A DNA stretch of 64,000 nt from Armatimonadota bacterium (GTDB taxonomy: Bacteria > Armatimonadota > SYMT01), in contig JAWLHY010000001.1 in assembly GCA_041690135.1 (NCBI GenBank), positions 32,001 to 96,000 of the forward strand. The letters run 5' to 3'. Shown piece after piece: positions 9,636-19,694 of this stretch. The position numbers and the translations under genes are program-made. Below the pieces are notes generated by a model that saw only the letters and a program-made list of their open reading frames with translations, had not been told where the DNA came from and searched no databases. The stretch's first letter is position 1. Every line of letters begins with the position of its first letter.

Positions 9636-9685
9636 CGGTTTGATGAGCAACGTCTTAACCAACAGATAAGGTGCGGTAATCAATC

Positions 9686-11551
9686 GTGCTCATCCGGCAG
9701 TTTCCCAAGCGGTCGGCGCTTACCGGCAGTGGCGGCGGTATGGTCAACCCAACGCGGGGCGAATCTCCCGGGCTCCTGCCTGCAGGACCGCCGTCGGCCG
9801 GCAAACTGCGCTCGCGGATTTTCAATCTCGGCGCGGCGCTCCTTACGCGCGTGCTGGGAACCGCCGATGGGCGCGCCGTGGGCGACATGGCGCTCCGCGA
9901 GCTGACTCTCACGCTTCGTTCGCGCGCCTGGCATCGCTTCCTGGGAATGTGGCTCCTGGCCGCCACCGCCATCCTCCTCTTGCCGCTGCTCTACCGCCTG
10001 GAGACCGGCCGCTGGTCGCAGCCAAGCGACGCCGAGTGGTTCGCCATCTGCGGCTACGGCCTGCAGTTCAGCGTCGCCTTCGCGATGGCCCAGTGGTGTA
10101 TCCGGCGCCTCCGGCGAGACCTGTACTCGGACCGCCTGGAAGAGTTGATGCTCACCCGCTGCTCGGCGGCCGATATCGCCATGGGCGAGGCTCTGGCCGC
10201 GGCGGTGGCTTCCTTGTGGATCGTGGCGGCAGCCCTGCCTTACTGTCTGTTCTTGAGCGCCATGGCCGGTAAGGGACTGGAAACGGCGCTGCGCCTGATG
10301 CTCTCGCTCGCGCCGGCCGGCAGCCTGGGGGTGTGGTTCGGGATGGGGTGGGGAATGGCCTTCACGCTCCGTAAGCCCGCCGCCATCTTTCCCATGACCG
10401 GCTGGTGGGTGATGGGTCCCTTCGTCCCGCTCTGGATCGCGTGGTCGTTCCTCTGCTTCCTCACCCTGTTGTGGGCGGGAATGGGTCTCTTTCCCGGCAG
10501 CCTGGTGATCATGGAGCGGTGCCTGGCACTGCTCCAGTGGGGCATGCAGCAGATCCTGCGGCACTGGAACCCCTTCCTCACCGTGCCGGCCTCTGCGGAC
10601 CTGTGGCAGAGCACCTGGATCACCGATTGGCTGGTCCTGATGGGCATCACCACCTTCATGATGCGGAAAAGCATGGATGCCATCCAGGTGGCCCTAGTCT
10701 CGCTTCCGGAGCGGGAAACGGTGCGCGGTCAGGTCGACTTCTGGGTCCACCACGACGTCCACCACTTTACCCAGTACGGGGAGGAGAAGCGCCGGGAAGT
10801 GCGCTACCGGGACGGAGGCAACCCGATCGCCGCTTTCGACGTGGCGCTGGGGCACCGCGTTTTCCTGCACCCCTTCCTCTGGGCGGTCGTCATCATGGCG
10901 TACCTGTTCCTGCTGGGGTGGAGCCTGCTGGTGCCAGAGTACGGGCTGGGAACCGGGATCGTGGCGGTTCTGCTCCCGGCCACCGGCGCCCTGCTCCTGA
11001 TGTCGGGCGGGGTGGCGGTCAGTTTCGGCTGGGAACGAGATCAGCACCGCTGGCCGGCCCTCGCCGTGCTGCCGGTAGAGGACTACCGGATTGCCCTCGG
11101 CAAGATCAAGGGAGTGGTGCGCCCAACCCTCTGGGTGGGGCTGATCGCCAGCGTGACGGCACTGGTCCTGGGATGGAGGGGCACCCTGCCGATGCAATCG
11201 GCGCTCTGGATGTCGCTCCACGTGCTCACCTTTCCCGTGGCGCTGGCGTTCGTCTCCGCCACCCTGGCGCTAACGACGCCCACGCTGGGGGAAGCACTTT
11301 ACCGATGGGCCTTCCTGGGAGCCCTACCCACCCTGGCCTCCGTGCTGCCCTATCCGATCGGTGGCGAGGCGGGGTTCGCGCTGCCGTTCACCCCGCCGCT
11401 GCTCGTGCTGCTGGTCGTTCTGGAAGGCCCCACCCCCGACCTGATCCGCTCCTGCTGGGTCAGTTTGATCCTGCAGATCCTCGGCTCCCTCACCGCGCTG
11501 GTCATCCTCTCCCGCGGTCTGCGACACTGGACCGTCGGGGAGAAGGATTAA
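9686..11551 (+). CDS. Polytopic membrane protein, internally duplicated ABC-2 permease-like
   Basis: About 12 TM segments; two halves each with a permease-like motif (DLYSDRLEELMLTRCSAADIAMGE and WERDQHRWPALAVLPVEDYRIALGK). Start uncertain. Confidence 0.6.
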   Translation: MLIRQFPKRSALTGSGGGMVNPTRGESPGLLPAGPPSAGKLRSRIFNLGAALLTRVLGTADGRAVGDMALRELTLTLRSRAWHRFLGMWLLAATAILLLPLLYRLETGRWSQPSDAEWFAICGYGLQFSVAFAMAQWCIRRLRRDLYSDRLEELMLTRCSAADIAMGEALAAAVASLWIVAAALPYCLFLSAMAGKGLETALRLMLSLAPAGSLGVWFGMGWGMAFTLRKPAAIFPMTGWWVMGPFVPLWIAWSFLCFLTLLWAGMGLFPGSLVIMERCLALLQWGMQQILRHWNPFLTVPASADLWQSTWITDWLVLMGITTFMMRKSMDAIQVALVSLPERETVRGQVDFWVHHDVHHFTQYGEEKRREVRYRDGGNPIAAFDVALGHRVFLHPFLWAVVIMAYLFLLGWSLLVPEYGLGTGIVAVLLPATGALLLMSGGVAVSFGWERDQHRWPALAVLPVEDYRIALGKIKGVVRPTLWVGLIASVTALVLGWRGTLPMQSALWMSLHVLTFPVALAFVSATLALTTPTLGEALYRWAFLGALPTLASVLPYPIGGEAGFALPFTPPLLVLLVVLEGPTPDLIRSCWVSLILQILGSLTALVILSRGLRHWTVGEKD

Positions 11552-11713
11552 CCAGAAGCCGGAACGTTACTCCAGTGGCCCCTCGCTCGGCGACTGGAAG
11601 TCGCAGACAGAAGCAGGACGAAGTCCCCACCCGAAAGGTGCCCCGCGCCAACTCGCCGGTCAGGAATTACCGAAGCGCGTTGGCCGTCTGCTGTCGGAAC
11701 TACGGCGGTAACG

Positions 11714-12577
11714 CTAATCCAGCGGCTCGACGATCAACTGTTCGGATACCCGCTTACGCTGCTGTTCCTGTAGTCGCTCTTCCCGCGTTTTGAACTTCCG
11801 CCACTCCCGCAGAAAAGCTTCTTCGCGAGAGTCAGTAGACCCGACCCAACCTGCGGTGGTTGTGGCTCCCCGCACGACGCGCTCTTCACGCGTGCTGCTC
11901 GCCCGCGTTTCGTTCCTCGCCACGGTCGCCGGGGCGGACTTCCTCACCACCCGCCGCTTCCGGGACGGTTCCACAAACCGGCTGGGCGCACGCCGTACAC
12001 TGTTGGCCTGGGCCAGCCGCACCTTTCGCGTCCGCGTGCTCTTTCTCGGCTGCGTGTCGCGAGACCGCTCGCCGGAAGACCGCTGCACCACCTTCGGCTT
12101 TCGCGGGACGACGCGTTGGGTCGCCTTGCCGGAAGTGCCGGGCGCCGCTTCGGCCGTGGAAGCCTTCCGATTCGCCGCCGCTCCGGACTCCGCAATTCCC
12201 TCAGGCACCACGGGCTTGATCTCGCGGATCGTGACCGGTTCCGCCGTTCCGGGGCTCGCAGGCGCTTCCACCGTCCCACGCGGTTCTGTCGGAAGGGAGG
12301 GCGTCGCAGAGGGTGGCGGTGTCGGCACCGACGACAGGCGCGGATAGAGGGTCCGGGTCACCGAAAGGCGGCTGCTGTCCGGCAGGCTCGGCAGCTTCAC
12401 CTGCGGGATCAATGCTGCCGCCGCGACGACCGTGACCAGACCCGCCGCCGCCAGGGCAAGAGCATGCTGCTCGGCACCCGGACGACCCCGCCGAGAAGGC
12501 GATCTTTCGTCCGGGGCCTCGCGCCAGTCGCGCCGGAGCCCGGTCCCGCGTCGCCGCGCAAAGTTTCCCTGTGCCAT
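11714..12577 (-). CDS. Hypothetical single-TM protein with long Pro/Arg-rich disordered region
   Basis: 287-aa ORF with GGAGGG RBS, one hydrophobic segment and a low-complexity remainder. Confidence 0.5.
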   Translation of the reverse strand: MAQGNFARRRGTGLRRDWREAPDERSPSRRGRPGAEQHALALAAAGLVTVVAAAALIPQVKLPSLPDSSRLSVTRTLYPRLSSVPTPPPSATPSLPTEPRGTVEAPASPGTAEPVTIREIKPVVPEGIAESGAAANRKASTAEAAPGTSGKATQRVVPRKPKVVQRSSGERSRDTQPRKSTRTRKVRLAQANSVRRAPSRFVEPSRKRRVVRKSAPATVARNETRASSTREERVVRGATTTAGWVGSTDSREEAFLREWRKFKTREERLQEQQRKRVSEQLIVEPLD

Positions 12578-12767
12578 GGTCCCGTCGCCCTCCCTGTACA
12601 GCTCTATGCCGGGGGCGCAAAGGCCCCTCTCCAGCCCTCAGCATTACCCCAACGGGGCCGATAGCAAACAAACATGTCAGAGATACGACCATTTTCGCCG
12701 CAAGGGTTGCAAGACGCGCTGAATCTACCCCCCGTCCACGAAAGATTGGGAGTATCATAGGGGCACC

Positions 12768-13652
12768 ATGATCGATCTCCACGCGCATACCACCGCCTCC
12801 GACGGCACCTGCACACCGGCCGAACTGGTCCGGCTCGCCCACGCGCGCGGGCTCCGCGCCCTGGGAGTTACTGACCACGACACGGTTGCGGGCCTGGAGG
12901 AGGCCACCGCCACGGCGGCGGAGTTGGGACTGGAGCTGGTGCCCGGCATCGAGATCAGCGTCGATTATCCGCACGGCGAGTTTCACCTGTTGGGCTACTT
13001 CCTCGACTTCCGCCACCCGGAGTTCCTCGCGCGGGTCAACTACCTCCAGGAAAACCGCTTCAACCGGAACGGCGTGATGCTCCGCCGGATGCAGGAGCAA
13101 GGGTTCGACGTCACGCTGGCCGACGTGGAAGCGGAGGCGGGCGGGGGCCAGATCGGGCGGCCGCACTTCGCGCGGGCGCTCGTGAAGAAGGGGTATGCCG
13201 CGAGCGTGCAGGACGCCTTCGAGCGCTACGTCGGCGAAGGCAAGCCGCTCCACGTAGCCAAGGTGAAGCTCGGTCCCGAGGAGGCAATCCGCCTCGTCCA
13301 CCTGGCCGGGGGTGCGGCCGTGCTCGCGCATCCGAAGTACCTGGCATTCAACACCCCGGACCGGCTGGTCGAAGAGCTGGCGCACTTGCGGTCCCTGGGA
13401 CTGGACGGATTGGAGTGCTACTACAGCCAGCACACCGAAGAGGAAACGGCCACCTACCTGCGCATTGCCGCGGACCTGGGCTTCGTCGTCTCCGCCGGAA
13501 GCGACTTCCACGGCACCACCAAGGCAGACGTGCCGCTGGGCGTGGTGTACCGGGGCCGGGGTGGGGAAGACGCCCTCCTGGAACCCCTCCGAGACGCCGC
13601 ACGCTCGCGGGGGAATACTTCCACTTCCGTCTCACCCATGACAGGTCCGTGA
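12768..13652 (+). CDS. PHP-domain phosphoesterase (TrpH/YciV-like)
   Basis: IDLHAHTTASDG, TDHD, GIEIS, HLLGY, GRPH, LAHP and GSDFHG motifs. Confidence 0.92.
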   Translation: MIDLHAHTTASDGTCTPAELVRLAHARGLRALGVTDHDTVAGLEEATATAAELGLELVPGIEISVDYPHGEFHLLGYFLDFRHPEFLARVNYLQENRFNRNGVMLRRMQEQGFDVTLADVEAEAGGGQIGRPHFARALVKKGYAASVQDAFERYVGEGKPLHVAKVKLGPEEAIRLVHLAGGAAVLAHPKYLAFNTPDRLVEELAHLRSLGLDGLECYYSQHTEEETATYLRIAADLGFVVSAGSDFHGTTKADVPLGVVYRGRGGEDALLEPLRDAARSRGNTSTSVSPMTGP

Positions 13653-13912
13653 CAGCCACCTGCTTCCTCGGCCTGAGTGCTCCTCTTGAAGCGCTAGCCG
13701 GTCACTGCCACGAACCGGCCGGTCTACTTCCTCGAAAGCCACTGACCCATCGAAAGGCGGGGGCAGGCGGCCCCATGACCGGGAGCTCAGTTTGGTGGCG
13801 AAGCAGGCTCCCGTTCGGCTAAACTTTCACCGAAAGCTGGGTTACCCCGGCACCTTCCGCCTTCACCCGGCGAGCCTTTCGATCTCGCCACTCCCGGAGC
13901 CGAGCACCACCG

Positions 13913-15967
13913 ATGCCATCGCCCGACCCACTCAAGCCGCCTGTTGCTCGCCGCCTGGATCACGTCCACACGATCCACGGCGATCTCCGCGAGGACCCTT
14001 ACTTCTGGCTCCGGGAGAAGGCAAACCCCGACGTGACCGCTTACCTCCAGGCGGAGAACGCGTACGCCGATGCCGTGATGGCGCCGACTGCGGAGCTGCA
14101 GGAGACCCTGTACCAGGAGATGCTCGGCCGGATCCAGGAGACGGACGTTTCCGCCCCCTATCCGGAGAACGGCTACTTCTACTATGAACGCACCGAGGCG
14201 GGGAAACAGTACCGCATCCAGTGCCGGAAGCAGGGAAGCCTCGACGCTCCGGAGCAGGCCTACCTCGATCTAAACGTGCTCGCGGAGGGACACCCGTTCC
14301 TGGCGGTCCACGTCTCCACCGTCACCGACGACGGCCACCTCCTGGCCTACTCCGTGGATACCTCCGGGTTCCGCGAGTACGAGCTGTTCATCCGGAACCT
14401 GCGCACGGGCGAGACCCTGCCGGACCGGCTGGGCAAAGTAGCCGGCGCAGTGTGGGCGAACGACGGCCGCACCCTTTTCTACCTGACCGAGGACGACGCC
14501 AAGCGGTCCTACCGGCTGTACCGCCATGTGCTCGGCACCTCCAAAGAGGACGACGAGCTGATTTACGAGGAGACGGACGCCCTTTTCAGGCTGTCCCTGT
14601 GGCGCTCGGAGAGCCGGGCCTACCTCTTCCTGACTTCTTCCAGCTTCACTTCGTCCGAGGTGCGGTACGTGCCCGCCGACCGCCCCGCGGAGCCGTTCCG
14701 CCTCCTGCTGCCGCGCGAGCCGGACCACGAGTACTATCTCTCCCACCATGGGGACCGGTTCTACATCCGGACCAACGATCGGGGAAGAAACTTCCGGCTG
14801 GTCTCCGCACCCGTCGCCGACCCCGGCAAGCAGAATTGGGAAGAAGTCCTGCCGCACCGGCCCGAGGTGATGCTCTCCTGGGTGATTTTCTTCCAGGACC
14901 ACTGGGTGGCGCTGGAGCGGGAGGATGGCCTGCAGCAGTTCCGCGTCGCCGACCTGCGCACCGGGGACCAGCACCGCGTCGAGTTTCCCGAGCCGATCTA
15001 CTCCGCCTTTGCGGACCACAACGCCGAGTTCGACACCCGGGTGTTCCGTTTCAGCTACCAGTCACTCGTCACGCCGGCCTCCGTTTTCGAGTACGACATG
15101 GAGACCCGCCAGCGGACCCTGGTGAAGCAGACGGAGGTCCGGGGCGGCTACGATGCCTCGCTCTATGCCTCGGAGCGCGTCTTCACCACCGCCTCGGACG
15201 GCACCCGGGTGCCGATTTCCCTGGTTTACCGCAAGGACCTCCGCCGCGACGGCCAGCGTCCGCTCTTCCTGTACGGCTACGGCTCCTACGGCTTCTCGCT
15301 GCCGATCCTCTTCCAGTCCGAGCGCCTCTCCCTGCTCGACCGCGGCGTGATCTACGCCATGGCCCACATCCGGGGTGGGGGAGAAATGGGCAAGCCCTGG
15401 CACGACCACGGGAAGATGCTGGAGAAGCGGAACACCTTCACCGACTTCATCGCCTGCGCCGAACACCTGGTCCGCGAGGGCTACACTTCGCCGGACCGGC
15501 TCGCGATCAGCGGCGGCAGCGCCGGCGGGCTGCTGATGGGCGCGGTGGTCAACATGCGCCCGGACCTCTTCCGGGCCGTGCTCTCCTACGTGCCGTTCGT
15601 GGACGTCCTCAACACCATGCTCGACGCCTCGCTCCCGCTGACGGTAGGGGAGTACCTGGAGTGGGGCAATCCCAACGTCCCGGCGGAGTACGCGTACATG
15701 AAAAGCTACTGCCCCTACACCAACCTGGAGGGGAAAGCTTACCCCGCAATGCTCGTGCGCACCTCCCTGAACGATAGCCAAGTGATGTACTGGGAGCCCG
15801 CCAAGTACGTCGCCCGGCTCCGCACCCTGAAAACGGACGACGCGCCCCTGCTGTTGAAGACGAACATGGGGGCCGGCCACGGGGGCGCCTCCGGCCGCTA
15901 CGACGCCCTCCGAGACCGCGCCTACGACTACGCCTTTCTGCTCCGAGAACTCGGGGCCGACGTCTAG
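13913..15967 (+). CDS. ptrB: Oligopeptidase B (S9A prolyl oligopeptidase family)
   Basis: HGDLREDPYFWLR N-terminus, GGSAGGLL nucleophile, VPFVDV, DSQVMYWEPAK, and GAGHGGASGRY. Confidence 0.92.
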   Translation: MPSPDPLKPPVARRLDHVHTIHGDLREDPYFWLREKANPDVTAYLQAENAYADAVMAPTAELQETLYQEMLGRIQETDVSAPYPENGYFYYERTEAGKQYRIQCRKQGSLDAPEQAYLDLNVLAEGHPFLAVHVSTVTDDGHLLAYSVDTSGFREYELFIRNLRTGETLPDRLGKVAGAVWANDGRTLFYLTEDDAKRSYRLYRHVLGTSKEDDELIYEETDALFRLSLWRSESRAYLFLTSSSFTSSEVRYVPADRPAEPFRLLLPREPDHEYYLSHHGDRFYIRTNDRGRNFRLVSAPVADPGKQNWEEVLPHRPEVMLSWVIFFQDHWVALEREDGLQQFRVADLRTGDQHRVEFPEPIYSAFADHNAEFDTRVFRFSYQSLVTPASVFEYDMETRQRTLVKQTEVRGGYDASLYASERVFTTASDGTRVPISLVYRKDLRRDGQRPLFLYGYGSYGFSLPILFQSERLSLLDRGVIYAMAHIRGGGEMGKPWHDHGKMLEKRNTFTDFIACAEHLVREGYTSPDRLAISGGSAGGLLMGAVVNMRPDLFRAVLSYVPFVDVLNTMLDASLPLTVGEYLEWGNPNVPAEYAYMKSYCPYTNLEGKAYPAMLVRTSLNDSQVMYWEPAKYVARLRTLKTDDAPLLLKTNMGAGHGGASGRYDALRDRAYDYAFLLRELGADV

Positions 15968-16021
15968 TAGGTCACTTGCCACCCAGGTTCTGATGGTCCG
16001 CGCCCGCTCTAGCGCACAGTT

Positions 16022-17269
16022 TCAGACAAGCGTGTCCTGGATGGCCCGCACCAGATCCGGGCTCTCCCAGTAGATCCCGTGCGTGTTCAACCCGTGGGAA
16101 AGGAGGTGTGCCGTCTGGCGGTCGTCCGGTGCCTTGCCGTTGTGGAGCCGGAACACCTTCCCGGCGACGAAGGCCAGGGGGTCCAGCGGATGCCACAGGT
16201 TGGTCCAGCGGTCGATCGACGGGGGTAAGGCAACGGGACTTCCCGGGCTGTATACCCCCAAGGTCCTTTCACGCGGGTCGACCAGGTGGAAGAAGGCGGA
16301 CTGGCTCCCAAAGGTGACCAGGCCGTTGATCCAGAGGGGATCGGGGCTCCTTGTCGCCATGTCCACCGCGATTACCCCACCCAGGCTGTGCGCGACGACG
16401 TGGACCGGCTTCTGCTCCGTGCCGTATCCCGGAGCTTCTTTGGCCAGGGCCGCCGTCAGCGTTGCGTGGATCGCCGCCTGCTGGCGCTGATAGACAAATA
16501 CGTCGCCCAGGAAGCTCCCGACCGGCGCGGCAATGTTCGCGCGGAACTTCTGGTTGAAATTCCCCGCCACGTGCCCGACGGTGGCCCCAACGACCCGGTC
16601 CAGCTCTTTCAAGACCGCTCCCGCCAGTTTCCGGATGCTGTCTTTCACGCCGCGTGTATCGTCCGTGCCCAGGCCACCCATCACGAGATCGCCAGGCCCG
16701 CCGGTTGCGCCGCCCAGGTCCAGACCACCCCCGTCGCGGACCAGCGATCCCCCCGCATCTCCCTCACCCACAACACCGGGGGAAGCACCGTCCCGCACGG
16801 CGGTCCCGATAGCCCGACCGACCGCCTCCAGCACGCCTTCATCTTCCAATAGCTTCAGGTAAGTGGTGTTGGGCCACTCTTCCCGGATCGCTTCGGCCAG
16901 CGCGTCGGTCCCGTCCGGCCCGCGCACGGCCTCGGAAGGAGCATCTCCCTTCGCCGCGGTCGCGGCTCGGACGACAACGTCGGCCTGCTCTTCGCCCCTG
17001 ACCACCGGCGCTGCGCCTCCCTCCAGCATGCCGCGCAGCAGTTCATCCGCAAGGGCTTCGTCCATGCCGCCGCCGGGGCCTCGCACGCCACCCGGCATGA
17101 CGGGCAGGCTGTCTGAGAGGTGCTCCAGCCTGGCCCCCAGGTCTCCCCAATACACGGGGATCATCTTCCAATCCGAGCCGGCTCGCCGGCCCAACGCCTT
17201 GACGCTGGCGATGAAGTCGTCCCGATCACGCGTAGCCACACCGTGGACTACCAGCACCGGTTCCGCCAT
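16022..17269 (-). CDS. Alpha/beta-hydrolase (lipase-like) with a large Gly-rich insertion
   Basis: VLVVHGV, AHSLGG (Ser), LVTFGSQ, WHPLDPL (Asp) and HGIYW (His). ATG 17269 has a GGAGG RBS and lies 27 bp downstream of the CHAT gene. Confidence 0.75.
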   Translation of the reverse strand: MAEPVLVVHGVATRDRDDFIASVKALGRRAGSDWKMIPVYWGDLGARLEHLSDSLPVMPGGVRGPGGGMDEALADELLRGMLEGGAAPVVRGEEQADVVVRAATAAKGDAPSEAVRGPDGTDALAEAIREEWPNTTYLKLLEDEGVLEAVGRAIGTAVRDGASPGVVGEGDAGGSLVRDGGGLDLGGATGGPGDLVMGGLGTDDTRGVKDSIRKLAGAVLKELDRVVGATVGHVAGNFNQKFRANIAAPVGSFLGDVFVYQRQQAAIHATLTAALAKEAPGYGTEQKPVHVVAHSLGGVIAVDMATRSPDPLWINGLVTFGSQSAFFHLVDPRERTLGVYSPGSPVALPPSIDRWTNLWHPLDPLAFVAGKVFRLHNGKAPDDRQTAHLLSHGLNTHGIYWESPDLVRAIQDTLV

Positions 17270-17296
17270 TGCATGCCTCCTGTTTTCCAAATTGGC

Positions 17297-19420
17297 CTAG
17301 GGTCCAACCAGCGTTGCCGCCGGATCTCCATAGAGCGTGTATGCCAGCCAGGTCGGGTCCCCCGGTTCGGACTGGATCGCCTGCCGGGCCTGGCGCAGCG
17401 CCTCTCCCAGGTTCTCACCGTCGAGCAGGGCCTGGTAAAAGTGCCCCGCAAACTCGGCCGCCGTGGTGTCCCGCACCTCCCAAAGCGAGCCGACGAACGC
17501 GCCGGCTCCCTGCGAGAGGAAGCCGTTCGCCCATCCCGCCAGTCGCGTGTAGTTGGCCGCCTGCCCGTCCGAGCGACAGGCGTTCATGAACACCAGCGGC
17601 ACCTGCTTCCGGAGACTGCGCTGCATGGAGGCCAGCAGCGCCGGTGTAAACGGCGATGGCCCAAAGGCCACGTGGGAAGCGGTGGGGTTCTGCGGCTGAA
17701 AAGTGTTGTGGCAGGCGAAGTGCAGCAGGTCGAAGTCCGCCGCCTCCAGCCGGTCGAGCAACTCGTCCAGGTCGTCCACGGGAGTGGTGGCGGGAACCCC
17801 CAGCAGCTCGCGAAGCGCCTGGATCTCGGCGTCGGCGCTGGCGGGAGACCCGGCCGGTCGGACGAAAACGGGAGCAGCGCGGTGAAGCTCGGCTACCGGC
17901 GGCGTGCGTCCCTGCCAGCGCGCGATGGGAAACTGCTCGACCAGGAAACCTCGGTCCTGCGGCTCGTCCCCCTCGGGTGCGGTGGGGTAGAGGATTTCCC
18001 AGGGGATGGGGTCCCCATCGGCCTGGATGATCAGCCGGCGGATGTCGGCATGGCGCTCCCAGAAGAGGCGCTGGAGATCGGCGGGGAACAACTCCTGCCA
18101 GAGCACAATGCCATGCCCCTTCAGCGCCCGGCGCGTGGTGGAGGCGGAGTACTGGAGGCGGTTGCGCGCCATCAGGTTGAACTGCGCCACCACATCTTCC
18201 ACGCATTTGTCGGGCGTCCGCCGGAGGCGGGCCGACTCCATCGGCTCGTAGAAGCCGATCGTGTCGTCGATGAACTGGTAGCGGTAGACCTGGTCCTCCT
18301 CATCGTACCGGATGAACAGGGTGACCTCCCCGGGCTGGCGCTGGCGCGGCGGCATGCCGGACCGACGGGCGACACTCGGGCCTGTCGCCGCCACCGGGTC
18401 CACGGTGACCTGCATCTGCAGGGCGCCCAGGAACATACCTCCCAGGAAAGCGGAGACCCTTACGTCGCACACACCCTGCTTCTCCGCGCGGAGACGGAAC
18501 AGTGCCGGGTCCGAGTCCTGTCCCGCCGGAACGTGGACGACTCGGGACGTTCCTTCCAGGGGAGCGAAACCCGGGCTCTGGAGCACCAGGCGGACGTCCT
18601 GATCCTCAAGAGAAACGCGGTCCCTCAGGGCAGCGGTGGAAGCCCCGGCGCCCCGCAAGAGGGAAACGGTTATCAACAACTCCGTCTCCTCGCCCAGGCG
18701 CACGCGCTCCGGCATTTCGCCGTTCAGGTAACGCGTCACCGGCGCCTCTGCTGTCCCGGCAGCCGCCGTGGTGTCTCCCGAGCGCACGGCCCGGGGACTA
18801 TCCCCGGCACTGCCATCGAGTTCAAAGGCGGTTTCTTCCCACCCTCCACGCACGGTTGGGGTCGTGGGCGCGCCCCAGCCCCCGGATCCGCTTCCGACTG
18901 CGTCACTCGTGCCCTCGCGAAATCCGAACCGCTCTTCTCCGAAATCATTCCCACCGGGTCGGAAAGACTCTTCCCGGGTCTCATCCATGCGCGGTTCCAT
19001 GCGCGGTACGGGTCGCTCGCCCCCGCCGTTCGCCATCGCCCGGCGATCTTCGCCCGGCCAGGTCGGCCGCGCCGGACCGGTGTCCAGTGTGGCCATCAGC
19101 CACGCCCGCAGGGTCGCCGGTGATACCTCCTCCAGTGGGGTCAGCGGGCCGCCTTCCAGACCGACAACGGCCCCTGCCGGAAAGCCGGTCTCCTTATCCA
19201 GAAGAATCTCGGCCACGGCGTCCGCATCTTGCAATCCCGCGTGGTGACCGCGCCGCAGGGTGAGGAACCATTGCACCCGTTTCACCGAGGGCTCCTCGTC
19301 TTTGCGAAGGTCAACATGCGATGCCAGGCGCTCGGCGAGCGCGGCACTCCGGTCTTTGGAAACCGCCGGGGAAACGAGAACAAGAGCGGCGGACATGGGC
19401 TTTCCTCCGATCTCCTGCAT
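17297..19420 (-). CDS. CHAT-domain (caspase/HetF-like) cysteine protease with a central beta-sandwich domain
   Basis: IPWEIL, LLHFACH (His), VFMNACRS (Cys), GAGAFVGSLWEV and WLAYTLYGDP motifs. Start may be 19396. Confidence 0.88.
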   Translation of the reverse strand: MQEIGGKPMSAALVLVSPAVSKDRSAALAERLASHVDLRKDEEPSVKRVQWFLTLRRGHHAGLQDADAVAEILLDKETGFPAGAVVGLEGGPLTPLEEVSPATLRAWLMATLDTGPARPTWPGEDRRAMANGGGERPVPRMEPRMDETREESFRPGGNDFGEERFGFREGTSDAVGSGSGGWGAPTTPTVRGGWEETAFELDGSAGDSPRAVRSGDTTAAAGTAEAPVTRYLNGEMPERVRLGEETELLITVSLLRGAGASTAALRDRVSLEDQDVRLVLQSPGFAPLEGTSRVVHVPAGQDSDPALFRLRAEKQGVCDVRVSAFLGGMFLGALQMQVTVDPVAATGPSVARRSGMPPRQRQPGEVTLFIRYDEEDQVYRYQFIDDTIGFYEPMESARLRRTPDKCVEDVVAQFNLMARNRLQYSASTTRRALKGHGIVLWQELFPADLQRLFWERHADIRRLIIQADGDPIPWEILYPTAPEGDEPQDRGFLVEQFPIARWQGRTPPVAELHRAAPVFVRPAGSPASADAEIQALRELLGVPATTPVDDLDELLDRLEAADFDLLHFACHNTFQPQNPTASHVAFGPSPFTPALLASMQRSLRKQVPLVFMNACRSDGQAANYTRLAGWANGFLSQGAGAFVGSLWEVRDTTAAEFAGHFYQALLDGENLGEALRQARQAIQSEPGDPTWLAYTLYGDPAATLVGP

Positions 19421-19694
19421 GCGGGCAAGAAGGGGGGTGTCTATCGGGTTAACATTCGTAAACCGGGGTCATCCTTCCTTCAATGCGAGGTCCGGAAATC
19501 GCTCCATGGCTCGAGGCGTCCAAAACGCATGCAACTCCGCCCGGCGTACTCGGCTCATGACTTCCGGCCGCCTGCGCGACCTCCCGAAGTTGCCGCCGGA
19601 ACAACGCCGGATAGATAATTGCTCGGGGCCCGGGCCGGCGGTGCGCCGCTCAGTCGGCCGGCGACCGCCTTTCAAGTGGAGTGAGGAAGACCAG

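Noticed and set aside
11586-11650. REP-like palindrome GCGACTGGAAGTCGC between convergent genes
   Set aside because: It is a single short copy in the window, so it cannot be established as a repeat or terminator.
13660-13676. SRP RNA (minus-strand TCAGGCCGAGGAAGCAG resembles helix 8)
   Set aside because: It lacks the full stem and GNRA tetraloop of the CAGG-UCC-GGAA-GGA-AGCAG motif and has no convincing flanking helix.
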